Part shown: positions 20,808-30,408 of the stretch, in pieces
Numbering within the stretch: the first letter of the stretch is position 1
How the letters are laid out: each line of letters begins with the position of its first letter
NCBI GenBank assembly: GCA_963828735.1
Contig: CAWHFW010000002.1
Coordinates: forward strand, 608,001-672,000
From: an uncultured Gemmatimonadales bacterium
GTDB lineage: Bacteria; Gemmatimonadota; Gemmatimonadetes; Gemmatimonadales; GWC2-71-9
Direction of reading: 5' to 3'
DNA length: 64,000 nt
Translations under genes and position numbers: made by a program
Notes under the pieces: model-generated
Seen by the model: the letters and a program-made list of their open reading frames with translations, nothing else
What the model was told of the DNA's origin: nothing
The model's database searches: none

Positions 20808-20880
20808 AGCGGGCGACGGGGCTCGAACCCGCGACCCTCAGCTTGGAAGGCTGATGCTCTACCAACTGAGCTACACCCGC
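20808..20880 (-). tRNA. tRNA-Gly(TCC)
   Basis: GCGGGTGTAGCTCAGTTGGTAGAGCATCAGCCTTCCAAGCTGA...GGTTCGAGCCC. Confidence 0.95.
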
Positions 20881-20985
20881 ATGCCAGAGGCCGGTCGATG
20901 ATCCGAAACACGAGCTGACCTGCCGCCGGTTGACCAGCCTCCCGACCTACCTCTCACGACGTCCTGCTCACGACCCACGACTGCA

Positions 20986-21069
20986 TGGTGGGGGTAGGAT
21001 TCGAACCTACGTAGGGCAGAGCCCGGCAGATTTACAGTCTGCTACCATTAGCCACTCGGTCACCCCACC
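20986..21069 (-). tRNA. tRNA-Tyr(GTA)
   Basis: GGTGGGGTGACCGAGTGGCTAATGGTAGCAGACTGTAAATCTGC, long variable arm, GGTTCGAATCC. Confidence 0.95.
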
Positions 21070-21162
21070 GACGCTCCCACGCCTGCGAGTCACCCTCATG
21101 TGAGACAGAACCCCGCCGGCGAAAGAGCGGGGTCCTATTCATCGAGAGTGTCGGCGCCACCG

Positions 21163-21235
21163 AGCTGACGAGGGGAATCGAACCCCTAACCTCCCGCTTA
21201 CAAGGCGGGTGCTCTGCCAGTTGAGCTACGTCAGC
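21163..21235 (-). tRNA. tRNA-Thr(TGT)
   Basis: GCTGACGTAGCTCAACTGGCAGAGCACCCGCCTTGTAAGCGGG...GGTTCGATTCCC. Confidence 0.95.
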
Positions 21236-21264
21236 CTAGAACAGGCCGAACAAGACAGACTCGT

Positions 21265-21293
21265 ATGATAGAGGGCAAGTTGGCCTGAGTCAA
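21265..21293 (-). promoter_or_regulatory. Sigma70 promoter of the tRNA-tuf operon
   Basis: TTGACT-17 bp-TATCAT, about 30 bp upstream of tRNA-Thr(TGT). Confidence 0.8.
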
Positions 21294-21524
21294 TGGGGTG
21301 GGACCCGCCGAGCCCACCCGCGGCGTACCCCGCCGGGACCCCGGTTGCCCTCGCCCACGCCGGCCCCGGCCGGACGCGTTTGCCCTCGTATCCGTTTCGG
21401 CTAAGTTCTTCACCCTTCACCCTCCCAAACACGGCTCCCGGACCCCGGACGACACCCTGACACACTGCCGCCTGCGCCGAGACGACCACGGGCAACCGGC
21501 CCGACTGCACCGGGGACTCGCTCC

Positions 21525-22499
21525 ATGAGCGGGACCGTCCTCCTCGGCCTGCTTGGCTGCGGCCGGGCGGCGGAGCGGTTCTATTCGCCTGCCATCGGCC
21601 ACCTGACGAACGCCCGCCTCACGGCCGCATACGATCCCCAAGCCGACCGCCGCCAGTTCATCGCCCGGTCTGCCCCCGGCTGTCGCCCGTTCGATTCGGT
21701 CGAGGCGCTCATCGAGGCTCGCGTCGTGGATGCCGTGGTGATCGCGGCGCCTGCGGACGCGCACGGCACCCTCGCGGTGCGGGCCTTGGGCGCGGGGTTG
21801 CCCGTGCTGCTCGACCCACCGCTCGCCTCGTCGCCGGAGGAGGCCGAGTGGATCCGTGAGGCCGAGGGGATCGTCCATTTGCCGGTTATGGTGGCCTTCA
21901 ATCGCCGATGGTGGGCGCCGGCCGAGCGCGTCCGGCGCGCCCTCGGGAGAGCGGCCGAATTTGAGGTCACGATCGAGAGCGTCCTCGTGAGCGACCCGCG
22001 GGATGCAGACCCGTGCCAGGCCCTCACCCCGCATCTCGATCTCGCGCGCCATCTGCTGGAGCGGGAGATCGCGACCGTGAGCGCGCGGCGCGAGACGCCG
22101 GAGGAGGTCGAGGCTCGTGTGACCTTCCAGGGGGGAGGCGTCGCGGTCTGCCGGGCCGGGCTGGGCGAACGGCCGGCGGAGCGGATCACGATTCACGCGG
22201 GGCGTCGAAGCTTCGAGATCCGGGCGGGGTCGGAGCGGTTCTGGCCCGCAGGCGGCCCGGGCCGGCGAGCGCTGGACCTCGCGGTTTCCGCGCCGCGCCG
22301 GGTGTTGGGGCATCGGGACGGTTTGGCACGGTCCTATGAGGCGATGCTGTCGGCGTTCGTGAAGCGGGTGGAGTCGCGCGCCGGCGTCGGTCCGGGCACA
22401 GGTGACGGCATGGCGGTCATGCTCGCCATCGAGGCGGTGCGTCGGTCGCTGGCGCACGGCGGTGTCCAGACGGAGGTGACGCCGAGCTCCGGTGGCTAG
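21525..22499 (+). CDS. Gfo/Idh/MocA-family oxidoreductase-like protein
   Basis: GLLGCGRAA Rossmann motif, VDAVVIAAP, MVAFNRR; the EKP motif is replaced by DPP. Confidence 0.8.
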   Translation: MSGTVLLGLLGCGRAAERFYSPAIGHLTNARLTAAYDPQADRRQFIARSAPGCRPFDSVEALIEARVVDAVVIAAPADAHGTLAVRALGAGLPVLLDPPLASSPEEAEWIREAEGIVHLPVMVAFNRRWWAPAERVRRALGRAAEFEVTIESVLVSDPRDADPCQALTPHLDLARHLLEREIATVSARRETPEEVEARVTFQGGGVAVCRAGLGERPAERITIHAGRRSFEIRAGSERFWPAGGPGRRALDLAVSAPRRVLGHRDGLARSYEAMLSAFVKRVESRAGVGPGTGDGMAVMLAIEAVRRSLAHGGVQTEVTPSSGG

Positions 22500-22501
22500 G
22501 C

Positions 22502-24010
22502 TCAGGTCCCGGTCCGAACCACCTCGATCGAGCCATCCCGGTTGTCCCGCACCTCCCATCCCGCCGCCTTGAGCAGTCCTCGGATCCGATCCGCCTCCGG
22601 AAAGTTCTTGCCCGTCTTGGCTTCCTTCCGCCGAACTGCCCACCGGATGGCCCACGACCGTTGCGTTTCCTCGCCCCGCTCTGCCGGAGGGCTCTCGCGG
22701 AGCTCCCCGTCTCCGGCTCCCGCGTCGACCGCCGATCCGACCTTGACCGACTGCACGCCCGACGTGACGGCGAGCACGCCCTCCGCCCGACGCCATGCGG
22801 CAAGCCCGCGGGGACCCGCCGATTCGCCCGAGTCTAGCGCGGCGTTGCCGGCCTTCGCGAAGTCGAAGACCGCGGCGACCGCGCGCGGGGCGTTCAGGTC
22901 GTCGTCCAGCGCCTCGGTCAGCTCGCGCTCGAGCCGCGTGGCGGCCTCGCCCAGGAGCGGGCCATCGGTAGACCCGGTCGCGGCGAAGAGCCGATTCTGG
23001 AACTCACCCAGTCGGCGCGAGCCCTCGCGCGCGCTCGCGAGCGCCTCGTCGGTCAGGTCGAGCTGCTTCCGGTAGTGCACCTGGAACATCAGCAGCCGGA
23101 CCGCGCCGGGATCCACCCCGTCCTCCCGGAGATCGCGCGCCGTCGTGATGTTGCCGAACCGCTTGGACATCTTGGTCCCGCGAATGTTGAGGAACTCGCC
23201 GTGGAGCCACACCCGGGCAAACGCGTCGCGCCCGGTGAATGCGCAGCTCTGGGCGATCTCATCCTCGTGATGCGGAAAGATCAGGTCCACGCCCCCGGCG
23301 TGGATGTCGAGCACGTCCGTACCGAGGCGCCGGCGAATCAGCTCGAGCGCCATCGCCGAGCACTCGATGTGCCAGCCCGGCCGCCCGCGGCCGAACGGCG
23401 CATCCCAGGCGGCCCCGACCGCCTCGTCTTCCGGCTTCGCCGCCTTCCACAGCACGAAGTCGCGCGCGTCCTCCTTGCTGTACTCGTCGGCGCTCACGCG
23501 CTCGCTGGCGCCCGCGCGGAGCTCGCGCCGGTCGAGCTGCGACAGTCGGCCATAGGCGGGAAACCGCGCGATCGCGAAGTACACCGAGCCGTCCTCGCCG
23601 AGGTATGCCACGCCCCGATCCAGGAGGCCCTGGATGAGCTCGATCATGGGACCGATGTACTCCGTGGCCCGCGGTTGCTCGGTGGCCGGCTTGATCCTGA
23701 GCCAGTCGCGGTCCTCCTCGAACGCGCGCGCGAACGGATCCACGTGCGCGCGAAGGGACACGCCCTTTTCATGGGCGGCGGCGATCGTCCGATCGTCCAC
23801 GTCCGTCAGGTTCATGATGTGGAGCACGTCGTAGCCGCTCGCCTCGAGCCAGCGACGGAGGAGGTCCTCGAAGAGAAACGTTCGGAAGTTGCCGATGTGG
23901 GCGTAGTTGTAGATCGTCGGCCCGCAGGTGTACAACGAGACGCGCCCCGGCTGCAGGGGCACGAAGGGTTCGACGCGGCGGGTGAGCGTGTTGTGGAGAC
24001 GGAGGGTCAT
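22502..24010 (-). CDS. cysS: Cysteine--tRNA ligase
   Basis: CGPTIY, HIGN, GRPGWHIEC, KMSKR. Confidence 0.98.
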   Translation of the reverse strand: MTLRLHNTLTRRVEPFVPLQPGRVSLYTCGPTIYNYAHIGNFRTFLFEDLLRRWLEASGYDVLHIMNLTDVDDRTIAAAHEKGVSLRAHVDPFARAFEEDRDWLRIKPATEQPRATEYIGPMIELIQGLLDRGVAYLGEDGSVYFAIARFPAYGRLSQLDRRELRAGASERVSADEYSKEDARDFVLWKAAKPEDEAVGAAWDAPFGRGRPGWHIECSAMALELIRRRLGTDVLDIHAGGVDLIFPHHEDEIAQSCAFTGRDAFARVWLHGEFLNIRGTKMSKRFGNITTARDLREDGVDPGAVRLLMFQVHYRKQLDLTDEALASAREGSRRLGEFQNRLFAATGSTDGPLLGEAATRLERELTEALDDDLNAPRAVAAVFDFAKAGNAALDSGESAGPRGLAAWRRAEGVLAVTSGVQSVKVGSAVDAGAGDGELRESPPAERGEETQRSWAIRWAVRRKEAKTGKNFPEADRIRGLLKAAGWEVRDNRDGSIEVVRTGT

Positions 24011-24954
24011 CCGCTCGCGGCCCCGGCGGCGGCCTGGGCGACCGGATCGGTGTCCGGCCCGCCCTGGATGCGCACGTGCACGCGGCGCTGCGGGAACGGA
24101 ATCTCGAGGCTCTCGCGATCGAACCGGTTCTTGATGCGCCGGCGGAACTCACGCGCCACGGCCCACTGGGACCCGGGCTGCGTGCGGATCATGGTGCGAA
24201 GGACGACGGCGCTCTCGCCGAGCGATTCGACGCCCAGCACCTCCACCGGCCCGTCGAGCTGCCCGCCCCAGGTCTTGTCGGTGGAGAACTGGGCCGCCTC
24301 GTCGCGCAGCACGTCGATGGCGCGGTCCACGTTCTCGTCGTACGGGACGCCCACGTCCACCACCGCGCGCGACCACCCGCGCGTCTTGTTGCTCACCACC
24401 TTGATCTCGCCGTTGGGCACCACGTGCATGACACCTTCGCCATCGCGAAGCTGGACCACGCGCAGCGACATCTTCTCGACCACGCCGGTCTTTCCGGCGA
24501 TCTCGATCACGTCCCCGATGGCGAACTGGTTCTCGAACAGGATGAAGAAGCCGCTGATGACGTCCTTCACCAGGCTCTGCGAGCCGAACGACACCGCGAG
24601 GCCGAGGATGCCGGCGCCTGCCAGGATCGGCCCGATGTCGATGAACACGTTGAAGGTGAGCAGGGTGGCGATCGCCACGATGGCTACCCGCCCCAAGCTG
24701 CGGAGCAGCTGGGCGACCGTCTGGCCGCGCCGCTCGCGCAGGGTCGTGACGGAATCGTCCCCGTCGTCCACGGCGATCTCGATGCGGCGTGCCGCCAGCC
24801 GCACCACCCGGTAGGCCAGCCACGCGAGGAGCCAGATGCCGAGTACCCGCAGGCCCGACCGGACCAGCTCTTCGCCATCGATGCGAAGGATGGCGGCGAG
24901 TCGGCGGATGATGTCACCGAAACTGAAGAGCGGAACGAGGTTGAGTGCGAGCAT
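24007..24954 (-). CDS. Small-conductance mechanosensitive channel (MscS family)
   Basis: AGAGILGLAVSFGSQSLVKDVISG...ENQFAIGD...PFPQR. Confidence 0.92.
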   Translation of the reverse strand: MLALNLVPLFSFGDIIRRLAAILRIDGEELVRSGLRVLGIWLLAWLAYRVVRLAARRIEIAVDDGDDSVTTLRERRGQTVAQLLRSLGRVAIVAIATLLTFNVFIDIGPILAGAGILGLAVSFGSQSLVKDVISGFFILFENQFAIGDVIEIAGKTGVVEKMSLRVVQLRDGEGVMHVVPNGEIKVVSNKTRGWSRAVVDVGVPYDENVDRAIDVLRDEAAQFSTDKTWGGQLDGPVEVLGVESLGESAVVLRTMIRTQPGSQWAVAREFRRRIKNRFDRESLEIPFPQRRVHVRIQGGPDTDPVAQAAAGAASG

Positions 24955-25004
24955 AAGCCTGAATCGTGGGCGAGCCCTAACCTACGGACGCGCCCGGGCG
25001 GCCG

Positions 25005-25460
25005 TCAACCTGAGCGGGCGCCGCCATAGTCGATCCAGGTGGCCGCGACCGGCACCCGTGCGGCCGCACACGCGGCGAGCGCCGGCTCGGCGCCGTCCAG
25101 CCCCAAGGGCAACGCGATGCGGCCGTTATCCACGCGGAGCCCGGGATAAAGCGCCCGGAGCTCCCGGACAGCCGGGAGAAACGGGGCGCCAACCACGATC
25201 TGCAGCGTCCGCCAGGCAATCAGTCGCTCGGCGTCGAGGGCGACGGCGCCATGGCTGTCGCGAACAACTACTCGCCCGCAGCGGCGGAGCAGGAAACCCA
25301 GATCCGAGCTGGCCAGGAGGGCGCGTCCGCGCGCGCGCAGGTGAAGAGGCCACCGGCCCATGCGCACCCAGGCGCCCAGAGGTTCCCCGGGGTGGGCAAA
25401 GGCCAGCGCGCGGCGGAGCAGGAAGGAGGAGGGGAGGCGGGAAGGGGCGCCGGGGAGCAT
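25005..25460 (-). CDS. Hypothetical protein
   Basis: Most protein-like ORF in the gap. Start is uncertain: a coupled GTG at 25542 lies in another frame. Confidence 0.4.
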   Translation of the reverse strand: MLPGAPSRLPSSFLLRRALAFAHPGEPLGAWVRMGRWPLHLRARGRALLASSDLGFLLRRCGRVVVRDSHGAVALDAERLIAWRTLQIVVGAPFLPAVRELRALYPGLRVDNGRIALPLGLDGAEPALAACAAARVPVAATWIDYGGARSG

Positions 25461-25538
25461 GGCCGATGATCGCGGTGCCAGGCGACAGGACCACCACCGT
25501 TTCCCCTTCGCGCGTACCGAAACGCCGCCAGGCGCGGG

Positions 25539-26621
25539 TCACCGTGCGATGCTGACCCGCTCCTGTTCGTGACGGTCCCGAGCGCTCACGACCGCCTCCA
25601 CGAGTGGAGTGGGATCGAACCGCACGGGGTCGGTCGCCGGCAGCCCTGTTTCCCGCGCGGCGGCCTCGCAGGCGCGGCGGGCCTCCGTGTCGGTCAAGTC
25701 GTAGGTGTTGAGCGAGATGGCGATGACCTTCGTCGGATGGACCGCCCCGCCGATGCTCTCGTACACCCGGATGTAATCAGTGAGCGGCGGGATGCGGAGC
25801 CATGCCGCCTTGCGGTAGTCGCCGATGTACTCCCGGCTCGACTGGTGACACAGGATGAGCGCGTCGGGGCACGAGCCGTGGAGCAGGCCAAGGGTGACGC
25901 CGGAGTACCCCGGATGGTTGATGCTCCCCTGCCCTTCCACCAGCACGACGTCGGCATCCTTGGCCCCCTCGAGCACGAGCCGCTCGGCCGCGCCGGCGAT
26001 GAAATCCGCGACCACCGCGTCCACCGCGATGCCCCAGCCTTCGATCATGATGCCGGTCTGACCGGTGGCGACGAAGCGCGTGCGCACGCCGCGTTCATTG
26101 AGCTGACGGGTGATCTGCAGCTGCGCGGTCATCTTGCCGACGTTGCAGTCGGTCCCGACCGTGAGGACCACCAGCGGATCCACCGACTTCGCCAGCCCCG
26201 AGGCGATCGGCAGGTCGGGCGGCGGGCGGCGGAGATCCAGGATCTTCCGTCCCCTGGTCCCCGCCTTCTCGGCGAGCAGTGGATCGTCGCCGAGAAAGGT
26301 GTGGAGACCGCTCCAGAGATCGCAGCCGTGATCGAGCGCCTCGGCCAGCCACGCGCGCCATTCCGGCGGCATCCGCCCGCCCTGGGGCGCGATGCCGATC
26401 AGGATCGCGGTCGGGCCGAGCGCGAGTCCCTCGCGCATGGAGGCGACGATCGGGATCTTGCCGCCAAAGCCCAGGACGTCCTGCACGGTCTTCCCGGCCT
26501 GTTGTCGGTCGAGCACGCCCACCGTGCGGTCTGGGAGATAACGGATCACCGAGTTGGCCGTTTTGGACGTCATGGCCGAGAAGTCGCCGTCGGCGACGAT
26601 CAGGAAGCGCGGAGCAGTCAT
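25539..26621 (-). CDS. DUF1611 family P-loop protein (DgcN-like)
   Basis: TVGTDCNVGKMT, ATGQTGIMI, VEGQGS, LLHGSCPD. Confidence 0.9.
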   Translation of the reverse strand: MTAPRFLIVADGDFSAMTSKTANSVIRYLPDRTVGVLDRQQAGKTVQDVLGFGGKIPIVASMREGLALGPTAILIGIAPQGGRMPPEWRAWLAEALDHGCDLWSGLHTFLGDDPLLAEKAGTRGRKILDLRRPPPDLPIASGLAKSVDPLVVLTVGTDCNVGKMTAQLQITRQLNERGVRTRFVATGQTGIMIEGWGIAVDAVVADFIAGAAERLVLEGAKDADVVLVEGQGSINHPGYSGVTLGLLHGSCPDALILCHQSSREYIGDYRKAAWLRIPPLTDYIRVYESIGGAVHPTKVIAISLNTYDLTDTEARRACEAAARETGLPATDPVRFDPTPLVEAVVSARDRHEQERVSIAR

Positions 26622-26625
26622 CCGG

Positions 26626-27753
26626 TCAGGTGTGCGAAGGTTGGACGGAAGGCTCGGCCGTGGCTGGCACGGTTCCGGAGGGCGCGACCGCCACGACCGG
26701 ATCGCCGTAGACCTCGCCGAGCAGGATATGGCGGACCAGGGCCATCACCAGCACCATGATCGGCACGGAGATGATGAGGCCCGCCAGCCCGAACAGCTTG
26801 CCGATCAGCAGCACGCCGGCGATGGTCACCACGGGCGGCAGGTTGACCTGCCGCTCCATGACCACCGGCGACACGATGTTGGCCTCGATGAGGTGCACGA
26901 CGACGCCCAGCGCCGCCACCAGGAGGGCCTTGGTCAGGCCGAACGCGCCAAGCGCGAAGAGGGCCGGCACCACGGTCGAAAACAGGACGCCGAAGAACGG
27001 CACGATGGCGGCCACGCCGGCGAATACGCCGAACGCCAGGAAGTACGGCATGCCGAGGGTCCAGAGTCCGAGCGTCGTGAGGGCCGCCAGCAGCACCATC
27101 GCGATGATCTGGCCCACCACCCAGGCCCGGATCGTACCGTTGACGTCGGCGAGGATCGCGCGGGCCAGCGCTCGGCGGCGCGGCGGGACCAGCGCGACGA
27201 CACCGTTGATATAGATCGCCGGGTGTCGCGCGAGGAAGATCGCCATCACGATCACGCTGACGCCCTCGATCAGCACCTCGACCCCGCCCTTCAGATACGG
27301 TACCGCCGCCCCCCGCAGAAATCCGAGGATCTCGCCGAGCGCCGAGGCCACCAACCCCGGCTGGGTTTCCCCGCCGGGCGTGGCCTCCCGCCGGAGCACG
27401 GGGATGCTCCGCATCAGGGCAGTGATATTGGCATCGAGCCTGCTGAGATACTGCGGGAGATTGCTGAGCAGGTCCTGGACCTGCGCGGTCACCGGCGGCG
27501 CGATGAGGAGCACCGTCCCCACCAGGACGCCCAAGGTCCCTACGACGCCGAGCGAGAGCCCGAGCGGCCGGGGTATGCCAAGGCGCCGATCGAGCAGATC
27601 GGTCACCGCATCCAGGTAGATGGCCAGGATGGCCGACAGGAACAGCACGAGCAGGATGTCGACCGTGCGGACGACCAGGGCCACCAACGCGACGGCCAGC
27701 AGGACCCGCCCGATAGGCAGGCCCCGCCGGCCGTCAAAGGTCGTCTCCGCCAT
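26626..27753 (-). CDS. AI-2E family transporter
   Basis: Multiple TM helices; IVPFFG, IEANIVSPVVM, FGLAGLIISVP. Confidence 0.9.
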   Translation of the reverse strand: MAETTFDGRRGLPIGRVLLAVALVALVVRTVDILLVLFLSAILAIYLDAVTDLLDRRLGIPRPLGLSLGVVGTLGVLVGTVLLIAPPVTAQVQDLLSNLPQYLSRLDANITALMRSIPVLRREATPGGETQPGLVASALGEILGFLRGAAVPYLKGGVEVLIEGVSVIVMAIFLARHPAIYINGVVALVPPRRRALARAILADVNGTIRAWVVGQIIAMVLLAALTTLGLWTLGMPYFLAFGVFAGVAAIVPFFGVLFSTVVPALFALGAFGLTKALLVAALGVVVHLIEANIVSPVVMERQVNLPPVVTIAGVLLIGKLFGLAGLIISVPIMVLVMALVRHILLGEVYGDPVVAVAPSGTVPATAEPSVQPSHT

Positions 27754-28526
27754 CAGCGGGTAGACCCCTCATCCCCCTCTTCCACGAGCTCGGCGTCGTG
27801 GACGTCGTTGTTGCCCTTGTTGAGCTGCCGGGTCGGCTGCGCCTGCCCGGGGCCGACGAGGCCCATGCGCTGCTTCAGCTCGATGAGCTGCTGGTCAGAG
27901 CTGCCCTTGTACTCGAGCGCCTCGAACTGTTTGGCGAGCCGGTCGCCGGAGACCTCCTCGTTGAGCTCCGCCGCGGCGAGCGCCTTGCGCTCGTGGGCTT
28001 CGATCTTCTCCGCCATCCGCTCGAACGACTCGAACGCGCTCTTGTCGGACATGCCCGACATCGTCTCCTGGATCCGCTGCTGCGCCTCCGCGCGCTTGGC
28101 GCGCGCCACCAGGATGTTCTTCTTGCGCTTGGCCTCCTCGATCTTGTCGTTGAGCTGGCGCAGCGAGAGCTTGAGCGCGTCGGTCTCCGCCTTGTGCCGG
28201 AGCCACGTCTCGTGGAGCTGCTGCGCGCCCTGCATCTGCTCGTTGTACCGGCCGAGAGCCTGCTTGGCCATGTCGTCCCGCCCCTCCTGCACGGCGAGCA
28301 TCGCCCGGCGCTCCCAGTCCTCCGCCTGCTTCTTCATGTTCTCAGCGTCGCCCTGCAGCTTCTTCTCGTCGGCGATCGCCGAGGCCACCTGCTGTTTGGC
28401 CTTGGCGAGGTTGGTCTTCATGTCGACGATGAGCTGGTTGAGCATCTTCTCCGGGTTCTCGGCCCGCGAGATCAGGTCGTTGATGTTCGACCGGAGCAGG
28501 GTCGAGAGACGGTCAAAGAGTCCCAT
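27753..28526 (-). CDS. pspA: PspA/IM30 family protein
   Basis: MGLFDRLSTLLRSNINDLISRAENPEKMLNQLIVDM; coiled coil; FERMAEKI. Confidence 0.95.
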   Translation of the reverse strand: MGLFDRLSTLLRSNINDLISRAENPEKMLNQLIVDMKTNLAKAKQQVASAIADEKKLQGDAENMKKQAEDWERRAMLAVQEGRDDMAKQALGRYNEQMQGAQQLHETWLRHKAETDALKLSLRQLNDKIEEAKRKKNILVARAKRAEAQQRIQETMSGMSDKSAFESFERMAEKIEAHERKALAAAELNEEVSGDRLAKQFEALEYKGSSDQQLIELKQRMGLVGPGQAQPTRQLNKGNNDVHDAELVEEGDEGSTR

Positions 28527-28532
28527 GTCGCT

Positions 28533-28928
28533 TCACCTTTCCCGGTACGGAGCGAGCGCGGTCAGGTGCGAGGCCACCGCCAGCGTGATCGAGTCGAAGC
28601 TCGCCTCGAACTCGCTGAAGTCGAGGTCTTCCAGCTCGAGCGTGTCGGTCAGGACGACGTGGTCGCCCTCGAGACCGTAGGAGCCGTGCACCAGATCCCG
28701 GGCGTTGTACTCCAGCAGCTGGCGGAACAGCTCGCTGCGCCGGGGCTCGCTGGCCGGGAGCTCCATCACTCGCACCCGCATGATCACGACCGGGGGCGCG
28801 AAGTGCACCACCACCTCGGCGTCGTCCGGCGTCCGGGCGAGCCAGAGGTTCGGCTCGATCTCCATGACCGTCAGGCCGCCGCCGTCGAGCCGGTCCAGGA
28901 ACGACTGGATGTCCTCGCGGGTGATCAT
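28533..28928 (-). CDS. CesT/YbjN-like (T3SS chaperone-fold) protein
   Basis: ~131-aa acidic protein: ELFRQLLEYNARDLVHGSYGLEGDHVVLTDTLELEDLDFSEF. Confidence 0.7.
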   Translation of the reverse strand: MITREDIQSFLDRLDGGGLTVMEIEPNLWLARTPDDAEVVVHFAPPVVIMRVRVMELPASEPRRSELFRQLLEYNARDLVHGSYGLEGDHVVLTDTLELEDLDFSEFEASFDSITLAVASHLTALAPYRER

Positions 28929-29176
28929 CGGTGCGTTCCCCCCGGCAGCTGGTCGGCCTCGCGCACCTGAGCCAGGAGACGCTCGGCGAAATCTAACCGT
29001 TCCTCGACGTCGGCCAATCGGCCGCGGAGATGGTCCATCTCGGCGGCGAGAGCCGGGTCGCCGTCGGGCGCGCCGCCACGGATTCGCGCCGCGAGCGCGT
29101 CGCCCAGCGGCCCGCGAAAGATCTTGACGAGGCCCGCCATCAAGACCACGGCGATGATCACGTTCTCCAGCTGCAT
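28925..29176 (-). CDS. Small TM + coiled-coil protein, PspB-like paralogue 5
   Basis: TM-GPLGDALAARIRG...DVEERLDFAERLL. Confidence 0.75.
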   Translation of the reverse strand: MQLENVIIAVVLMAGLVKIFRGPLGDALAARIRGGAPDGDPALAAEMDHLRGRLADVEERLDFAERLLAQVREADQLPGGTHR

Positions 29177-29185
29177 CGGTCCCCC

Positions 29186-29518
29186 TTACCGTTGAAGCCG
29201 ATCCGGCTCCCGTGCCTGCGCCAGCATCCGCTCGGCGAACTCGAGCCGCTCCTCGACCTCGGCCAGCCGGCCGGACGCCTGCTCGAGCTGGTCCACCCGA
29301 TTCCGGAGCCCTTCTACCTCGGCCTGCAGCTCGACGCCGGCGGCGCCTCCCTCGAGGCGGCGAGCCAGGGCGCGGATCAGCGGCCACACGATCAGCAGCA
29401 GCGTCGCGAGCACGGCGACCGTGATGGCCACCGCGGCCGGGTCGCTCAGCGAGCCGGCGACCGACATGTGACCGCCCGGGTCGGGCGGCACCGGAATCTG
29501 CTGGGCGAGGACGGTCAC
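29186..29518 (-). CDS. Small TM + coiled-coil protein, PspB-like paralogue 4
   Basis: GTG start overlaps the upstream TGA; TM-WPLIRALARRLEG...EVEERLEFAERML. Confidence 0.75.
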   Translation of the reverse strand: MTVLAQQIPVPPDPGGHMSVAGSLSDPAAVAITVAVLATLLLIVWPLIRALARRLEGGAAGVELQAEVEGLRNRVDQLEQASGRLAEVEERLEFAERMLAQAREPDRLQR

Positions 29519-29874
29519 GTCGTTCCCCGTGGCAAGGTCGCCTGGTTTTCCCCACGCGCGAGCAGGCGCTCGGCGAAGTCGAGCCGCTCCTCGAGCTCCG
29601 TGACGCGCTGGTGGAGCGCGTCCACCTCGCCGAGGCGATGGTGCATCTGATCCAGCTCTCCCTGCAGCGCCGGCGTCATGACCGACTTGCCCTCGAGCCG
29701 CCGCGCCAGCGCGCGGGCGATCGGCCAGCACACGATCGTCACGGCAGCCACCACCAGCAGCACGACCATCACGATGCCAGGCGAGCTCAACTGCGTCAGC
29801 AGAAGGTTCGGGTCCACCGGAATGCTAGGTACCGGCGGCGGTACTGGTGGCACCGCCTGCATCGGGCTCATCAC
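29515..29874 (-). CDS. Small TM + coiled-coil protein, PspB-like paralogue 3
   Basis: Pro-rich N-terminus; TM-WPIARALARRLEG...ELEERLDFAERLL. Confidence 0.75.
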   Translation of the reverse strand: MMSPMQAVPPVPPPVPSIPVDPNLLLTQLSSPGIVMVVLLVVAAVTIVCWPIARALARRLEGKSVMTPALQGELDQMHHRLGEVDALHQRVTELEERLDFAERLLARGENQATLPRGTT

Positions 29875-30128
29875 GCATCCCCCTGTCTGAGCTGCCCGGC
29901 CTTGCGTTCCTGCAGTAATACGCGCTCGGCGAAGTCGAGCCGCTCCTCGAGCTCCCCCAGGCGCCCCTGCAAGTCGGCGAGCTGCTGGTCGTCGTGATCG
30001 GTTCGCGGCTGCCCGGCTCCGCCGATCCTGCGGGCGATGGCCTCACCGAGCGGACCACGGAACACGCGCGCGATGGTCCAGGCGGCAATCGAGCCGATCA
30101 CGATGGCGAAGACCTGATCCGGGCTCAC
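29871..30128 (-). CDS. Small TM + coiled-coil protein, PspB-like paralogue 2
   Basis: TM-GPLGEAIARRIGG...ELEERLDFAERVL. Confidence 0.75.
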   Translation of the reverse strand: MSPDQVFAIVIGSIAAWTIARVFRGPLGEAIARRIGGAGQPRTDHDDQQLADLQGRLGELEERLDFAERVLLQERKAGQLRQGDA

Positions 30129-30379
30129 TCGCCGGCGCCCACCTTGCCCTGCTCCTGTCGTTGGGCGAGCAGCCGCTCGGCGAAGTCCACCCGCTCGTGC
30201 AGCTCGGCCACCTCGTGGCGAAGCGCGTCCACATCGGCCAGCAGCTCGGGGTCCTGCGCCGCCTGTTGCTGGCCCCGGATCCGCTCGGCGAGGGCCCTCC
30301 CGACGGGGCTGATCGACAGGAGGAACAGCGTACCGCCGCCGAAGATGAACGTGATCGCCAGTACGCCTTCCATATCCAT
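30125..30379 (-). CDS. Small TM + coiled-coil protein, PspB-like paralogue 1
   Basis: AAGGA RBS; TM-SPVGRALAERIRG...ELHERVDFAERLL. Confidence 0.75.
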   Translation of the reverse strand: MDMEGVLAITFIFGGGTLFLLSISPVGRALAERIRGQQQAAQDPELLADVDALRHEVAELHERVDFAERLLAQRQEQGKVGAGE

Positions 30380-30408
30380 ATGATCCTTTGGATCTCCCGG
30401 GCGCCCCC

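Noticed and set aside
25126..25542. Alternative coupled ORF starting at GTG 25542
   Set aside because: Becomes Pro/Arg-rich shadow-like sequence; a frameshift joining it to 25005..25460 cannot be supported without homologues.
28533..28928. Type III secretion system
   Set aside because: Only a chaperone-fold protein; no T3SS genes in the window.
28925..30379. CRISPR array or DNA tandem repeat (recurring CGCTCGGCGAAGTC)
   Set aside because: The recurrence comes from the coded DFAER motif of five paralogues; spacing is irregular and there are no cas genes.
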